A stretch of DNA of 64,000 nt from Promethearchaeota archaeon (GTDB lineage Archaea > Asgardarchaeota > Lokiarchaeia > Sigyniarchaeales > SOKP01): positions 1-64,000 of the forward strand of contig JAHLWS010000062.1 in assembly GCA_019057795.1 (NCBI GenBank), written 5' to 3'. Below, piece after piece: positions 59,193 to 64,000 of this stretch; within the stretch, counting starts at the first letter, position 1, and each line of letters begins with the position of its first letter. The translations under genes and the position numbers were made by a program. Below the pieces are notes generated by a model. The model did not search any database, was not told the DNA's origin, and saw only the letters and a program-made list of their open reading frames with translations.

Positions 59193-61595
59193 TTAATTAT
59201 TTTTATTATACTTGAATATTCCCCCTATTAATTGTCCTACACTTATTCCCGCGTCCCCAGGTGGCACTAAGTTGTGTTCAATGAAATTAAATCCCCGTTT
59301 AATGATTCGTTCTTTTATCGCCTTTGAAAAAGTACCGTTATAAGCAACGCCCCCAGTTAATCCTATTATTTCCACACCATTTTCTTTGGCAATTTTAATC
59401 GCAACTTTCGCAAATACTAATCCAATTTCTTTTTGAAATTTTGCGGCAATATCTTGTCTTTTAGAATCTTTAATTTCTAGTAAATTTATTATATCTAAAA
59501 TTAAATCTGAAGTATTAATAAGATAACTTCCATTTTTCTTCGAATATGTAATGTCTAAATTAATCTTATCTGGATTTCCTTTCGACGCCAAACCCTCCAG
59601 TCTCATTGCCGGTTCTCCTCTATAACTTTTTAATTTCGATGCTCCTAAAATATATGATACGACATCAAAAATCCTACCTGTGGAGCTTGTTAATGGGATG
59701 TTTTCGTTAGGAAATTGATAATCAGCGCGCTCAAATTGAGAAATAATCGTTTTCAATTCCGTGGTTTTATATTCCAAATCGTTTTCTAAGGCAATTAGTT
59801 TGAATATTTTTACTGATTTTTCAACACCGAGAGCGTTAAGGATGATGGAAGCCGTCATTCTGGCGGGATATTTAGTACATCGGTCTCCTCCAATCATAGG
59901 TTGATTTTCTAAATGACCAAGACGTGAATAACCGTGATAAGAACTTAGTAGAATTTCACCGCCCCAAACATTCCCATCTTCACCGTAACCAACTCCATCT
60001 GTGCAGATGCAAACGATTTTTTCGTCTAATGCAACTTTATTTTCCACCATTAAACTTAAAGCGTGAGCGTAATGGTGTTGGATACCGTATAAATTAATAT
60101 TTAATAGTTCAGATAACTCCTTTGCTAATCTTGTCGTGACGAAAGCTGGATGAGCGTCGCAAGCGATAAATTTAATTTCAGAATCTTTTATCTGGAGCAA
60201 TTTTTTCATATGATGAAGCGCATTTTTTAAAAAATCGTATGTTTCAAGGTGCGTTACGTTTCCAATATGTTGAGTCGGAAATATTCGACTTCTTCGTAAT
60301 ATGGCACCTGTCACTGCTAATTCTGGGCCTGTAGCTATAGCGCTTGGGATTTTAACTTCAAAAGGTAATGGTAAATATTCTGGTACATAACCTCGCGACC
60401 TTCTAATCAGCTTCACCTTGTTGTTATGAACCCTTAATACACTATCGTCTGCTCTTTGGTATATGGGTCTATTATGAAGTAGAAAGAAATCGGCTAAATT
60501 GTTGAGTTGATCAATTATCTTTTCATTTTCTATTGCCATAGGAATATTCGATTTGTTCCCACTTGTATAAACTAATGGCTGTTTTCCAATATGGTCAAAA
60601 AGTAAATGATGAATACCTGAATATGGAAGCATAATCCCTATGTTGTTTAAACCGGGCGCCACGAATTCGCTAATGTCAGATTTATCGAAGTTTTTATTTT
60701 TCTCTAAAACAACAATTGGTCTGCGAAAAGATGTAAAAAGCTCTCTTTCTTTATTTGAAATTTTTAGATAATCTTCAAGAATATTCAAATTTGGAACCAT
60801 TAAAGCAAATGGTTTATACTTACGTTTGCCTTTCCTCTTACGTAGTTTTAAAATTGTTTTGTCATCGTTAGCAAGGCAAACCAAATGGACACCACCTATT
60901 CCCTTAATTGCCGCAACTTCTCCTTCTTTTATCCTTTTTGTAGTTATCTTTAATATTTCGTCAATCGAATCTGTTTTAATGAAGTTTTTTCCTTTATCGT
61001 AAAGCTGATAATTAGGACCGCAAACGGAACAAGCAAATGTTTGAGCGTGAAATCTCCTGTTTTGAAAGTCAGAATATTCTGCCATACACGATTCTGGTTT
61101 TGCCTTTTTGCAGAAAGGAAATTTTATCATTGTGCTCCTTTCTCTATCGTAGGGTAGTTCTCTTACTGTCGTAAATCGTGGTCCACAAACGGCACAAGCA
61201 ATAAAGGGATAATTGTAATACTTTTGTAGATCTGGATTTCGCATGTCTCTAATACAATTTTCACAAATTGCAATATCAGGTGGTAAAGTCAAACTTATAC
61301 CCCTCCCCTCTTCGCTTTTTCCTATAGTTAAACTAGAAAATATCTTACCAGATTCAGCTTTAATAACTTTAATACTCTCAATAAAAGCTATTTTTGGTTT
61401 TGCTTTCTCAATTTCCCCCAAAAATGCTTCAAGATTCTTCCCTTCACCTTGTAAGGTTAATCTAACCCCAGCATTGCCTCTATTTACTATTTGACCATTT
61501 AAGTCAAACTTTCGAGCCAAATTGTAAAGGAAGGGTCGAAATCCCACCCCTTGAACTATTCCTGTGATCTCTACATTATAATTAATTTGCTTCAA
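59193..61595 (-). CDS. hypF: [NiFe]-hydrogenase maturation carbamoyltransferase
   Basis: VQGVGFRPF, CGPRF, RRFHAQ, KGIGG, RRSRGY, QHHYAH, DGVGYG, GDAGISVGQ. Confidence 0.95.
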   Translation of the reverse strand: MKQINYNVEITGIVQGVGFRPFLYNLARKFDLNGQIVNRGNAGVRLTLQGEGKNLEAFLGEIEKAKPKIAFIESIKVIKAESGKIFSSLTIGKSEEGRGISLTLPPDIAICENCIRDMRNPDLQKYYNYPFIACAVCGPRFTTVRELPYDRERSTMIKFPFCKKAKPESCMAEYSDFQNRRFHAQTFACSVCGPNYQLYDKGKNFIKTDSIDEILKITTKRIKEGEVAAIKGIGGVHLVCLANDDKTILKLRKRKGKRKYKPFALMVPNLNILEDYLKISNKERELFTSFRRPIVVLEKNKNFDKSDISEFVAPGLNNIGIMLPYSGIHHLLFDHIGKQPLVYTSGNKSNIPMAIENEKIIDQLNNLADFFLLHNRPIYQRADDSVLRVHNNKVKLIRRSRGYVPEYLPLPFEVKIPSAIATGPELAVTGAILRRSRIFPTQHIGNVTHLETYDFLKNALHHMKKLLQIKDSEIKFIACDAHPAFVTTRLAKELSELLNINLYGIQHHYAHALSLMVENKVALDEKIVCICTDGVGYGEDGNVWGGEILLSSYHGYSRLGHLENQPMIGGDRCTKYPARMTASIILNALGVEKSVKIFKLIALENDLEYKTTELKTIISQFERADYQFPNENIPLTSSTGRIFDVVSYILGASKLKSYRGEPAMRLEGLASKGNPDKINLDITYSKKNGSYLINTSDLILDIINLLEIKDSKRQDIAAKFQKEIGLVFAKVAIKIAKENGVEIIGLTGGVAYNGTFSKAIKERIIKRGFNFIEHNLVPPGDAGISVGQLIGGIFKYNKNN

Positions 61596-61734
61596 ATGTC
61601 GACTCTCATTATCATTCTACAAATTAAATCTAATATATTAAAGAATCCTTAAAAGATAAAATTAATAATTTATTAGAATAAGAAATATAGAATAAATATG
61701 TAATCTCTAAGTAACAGCACTTTTTTAATTTATT

Positions 61735-62607
61735 ATGACAAATAACGATTTAGGATGGGACGTACCTTATCATCGAGCTTTTTTCAAAACCAGTCATAAT
61801 TCTTTCAGCATTTCTGTTCGAAAACAACTCAATCATGGTGTTAGAGGTATAGAATATGACATACACGACGACAGGATTCAAGAAGTTGGTGATTTTGAAG
61901 TATATCACCTGCCCAAACATGTTGATGTTGCAATTAATGTAGATGGAAATCCAGGAGATCTATTGTTATCGAGCTGGCTCACTTTATTGAAGGACTGGTC
62001 CAACGACCAGAATAATGAACACGCTCCAATCACGCTTTTTATTGAATTAAAAGATTGTATTGTTGACGCGAATAATGATCCGAGCGAATTATATGGAATT
62101 AAAAGGTTAAATAAGGTGATTCTTGATACATTATCACCTAAATACTTATATTCCCATGGTGATTTTAGGAAAAACGAATACCAATGGCCAACAGTAGGAG
62201 AATTAAAAGGACTCGTAATTATTGTATTAACCAGTTATTGGGGCGGTTACTGGGCTTCCAGTGAAGGTGGGTTCGAGTCTCGTTTACAATATTTAAACAA
62301 TTGTCTGAAGGGTGAGGATGACATTTGCTTCGTATCTTGGATCGAAGAAGATCGTGGAAAACAGAAACTGTTTATGAAAGAAAAAGCAACATTTTGGAAA
62401 TGCAGTATAGAATATAGCACCAAATATTACGAAGAGAATGTAAAATTACAACGATCCACAAGAGTCGATTTCGATAAAATACATTGGGGGCGCCATGTGA
62501 AAACTTATTATGAGAAAAATTATGAAAGTGGATTTAGAGCCAACTTTTTTGCTACAGATTCATGGGCCGAGGAAAAATACGATAAAGTTTTTCCATGGTC
62601 AATTTAA
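61735..62607 (+). CDS. PI-PLC-like phosphodiesterase domain protein
   Basis: SHNSF, QLNHGVRGIEYDIH, VYH, WPTVGELKG. Confidence 0.7.
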   Translation: MTNNDLGWDVPYHRAFFKTSHNSFSISVRKQLNHGVRGIEYDIHDDRIQEVGDFEVYHLPKHVDVAINVDGNPGDLLLSSWLTLLKDWSNDQNNEHAPITLFIELKDCIVDANNDPSELYGIKRLNKVILDTLSPKYLYSHGDFRKNEYQWPTVGELKGLVIIVLTSYWGGYWASSEGGFESRLQYLNNCLKGEDDICFVSWIEEDRGKQKLFMKEKATFWKCSIEYSTKYYEENVKLQRSTRVDFDKIHWGRHVKTYYEKNYESGFRANFFATDSWAEEKYDKVFPWSI

Positions 62608-62608
62608 G

Positions 62609-63706
62609 CTATCTATGATAATTATAAAATATCGCACATGTACCCTCTTGAGAAACCATACATGGTCCAATAGGATTGAGTGGAGTACACATTTCGCCAA
62701 AAAGCTCGCACTCGTTTGGGTATAGTTTACCTACCATTATTAGATGGCATGAACATCCCGGTGGAATATCTTGCGACTTTTGAATTTTAATATCGAATTT
62801 TTTATCAGCATCAAATTCTTCGTACTTGTCTCGTATTGCTAATCCCCCGTCAAGAATTCTTCCAATCCCTCTCCAAGGGGAGGACACGGATTCAAAAACT
62901 TCTGAGATAACATTTTGAGCGATTTTATTTCCTTCTGGTTTTACTACTCTCGAATATTCGTTTAAAGTTTCGAATTTTTTGTTCTTAATTTGTTGGAGTA
63001 GCATTAGAATACCTAATAAAACGTCGTTAGGCTCAAACCCGGCGATTACATTTGGCACTTTATAAGCGTCTGAAAATATTTTAAACGGCTTTAAACCAAT
63101 TATAGTAGATACATGCCCTGGCGAAATAAAACCATCAATCCTTAGTTGTGATTGACTTATTAATAGTTCCAACGCTGCGGGAATGAGTTTATGAGCGCAA
63201 ATTACCGAAAAATTAGAGGGGGGCCCGCTCTTTATTTCGTAACCGATTAAGGGGGCTGTAGTTTCAAAACCAATAGCAAAAAAAATTACTTCTTTATCGG
63301 GATTCTCTCTCGCAATTTCGACCGCTTCGTGAGGCCCATAAACGATTCTTACATCGGCTCCCATTGCTTTTAATTCTGCTAAGGAAAGGTTGGTGGCTGG
63401 TACGCGTATCATATCCCCAAAAGTAGTTATTATGGTGTCGTCTCGTTTCCCAAGCTCGATTGCCTTGTCGATATCTGCAGCGGGACATACGCAAACAGGG
63501 CAGCCCGGACCTGAAAGGATTTCAATCTCTTTAGGTAACAACGGTCTTAGCCCATACTTAGAAAGAGTATGTTCGTGAGTGCCACAAACATGCATAAACT
63601 TAACTGGTTTTTTTATTTCCTTTACAGTTCTATTTATTGACTTAATTATTTTATCTGTGAATTCTTTGCTTCTTAACATTTCTATTCCAGGAATATCCAT
63701 ATTCAT
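62609..63706 (-). CDS. hypD: Hydrogenase maturation protein HypD
   Basis: CGTHE, GPGCPVC, GFETT, PGHVS, GPCMVSQEGTC. Confidence 0.95.
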   Translation of the reverse strand: MNMDIPGIEMLRSKEFTDKIIKSINRTVKEIKKPVKFMHVCGTHEHTLSKYGLRPLLPKEIEILSGPGCPVCVCPAADIDKAIELGKRDDTIITTFGDMIRVPATNLSLAELKAMGADVRIVYGPHEAVEIARENPDKEVIFFAIGFETTAPLIGYEIKSGPPSNFSVICAHKLIPAALELLISQSQLRIDGFISPGHVSTIIGLKPFKIFSDAYKVPNVIAGFEPNDVLLGILMLLQQIKNKKFETLNEYSRVVKPEGNKIAQNVISEVFESVSSPWRGIGRILDGGLAIRDKYEEFDADKKFDIKIQKSQDIPPGCSCHLIMVGKLYPNECELFGEMCTPLNPIGPCMVSQEGTCAIFYNYHR

Positions 63707-63842
63707 TTAATCAATTGTTTATTAATTAAAGTTTAAAATCAAAAAAAATTTAACACATAGTAGTATATTAAATAATTAGGATTAATTTAAAAATACTAAA
63801 TTATAATAAAAATATTCCTACTATAATAAATCGGCATGTATA

Positions 63843-64000
63843 ATGAAGAATAATTTGATATTAACTAATGAAATTGAAGAAAAAGTCATTTCGTTTTTAA
63901 AAGAATGTGGGGCTAAAAAAATTTCCATTTTTGGATCATATGTAAGAGGAGAAGCTACTCCTGATAGTGATTTAGACATTATTGTAGAGTTGGAGGAAAA
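63843..64000 (+). CDS. Minimal nucleotidyltransferase, 3' truncated by window
   Basis: Manual translation MKNNL...IFGSYVRGEATPDSDLDIIVE. Confidence 0.8.
   Translation, partial: MKNNLILTNEIEEKVISFLKECGAKKISIFGSYVRGEATPDSDLDIIVELEE

Noticed and set aside
556-63578. Many short antisense or overlapping ORFs in the track (e.g. 5048-5308, 22697-23062, 51190-51552)
   Set aside because: Shadows of well-supported genes, with no recognisable motifs.
1-64000. CRISPR array, rRNA, integrase or transposase
   Set aside because: None recognised by eye in this window.

Overview
AT-rich archaeal chromosome segment, most consistent with an Asgard archaeon of the Lokiarchaeia type. The assignment is inferred from a roadblock protein, longin/uDENN-like domains, a Rag/Arf-like small GTPase and IP(G/F)-TM-basic C-terminal anchors. 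It carries H4MPT/Wood-Ljungdahl and redox genes (mvhD-fwdGFDBC, a separate fwdA, fdhD, hdrCBA, korAB, aor, hypF, hypD, mobA). It also holds a cysteine cluster (cysE-cysK, tRNA-Cys, cysS), two convergent purF homologues, two PAS histidine kinases, two complete MNT-HEPN modules and a third MNT gene cut by the window edge. Main finding: fwdB appears to be split by a 29-nt intron (7153-7181, minus strand) that folds into a canonical bulge-helix-bulge (BHB). Cutting at the standard BHB positions exactly rebuilds the CPF^CGTFCDD [4Fe-4S] motif, i.e. a candidate tRNA-endonuclease-spliced mRNA intron in an Asgard metabolic gene. The tRNA-Cys in the window has a 30-nt relaxed-BHB intron at non-canonical position 15/16, a long variable arm and an A18/G55 covariation. 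Other highlights: a DapA-like aldolase fused to formaldehyde-activating enzyme, a receiver domain fused to a uDENN/longin-like domain next to a small GTPase, and a TA cassette bracketed by a duplicated ugd 3' end. All calls are from manual reading; no searches were run.
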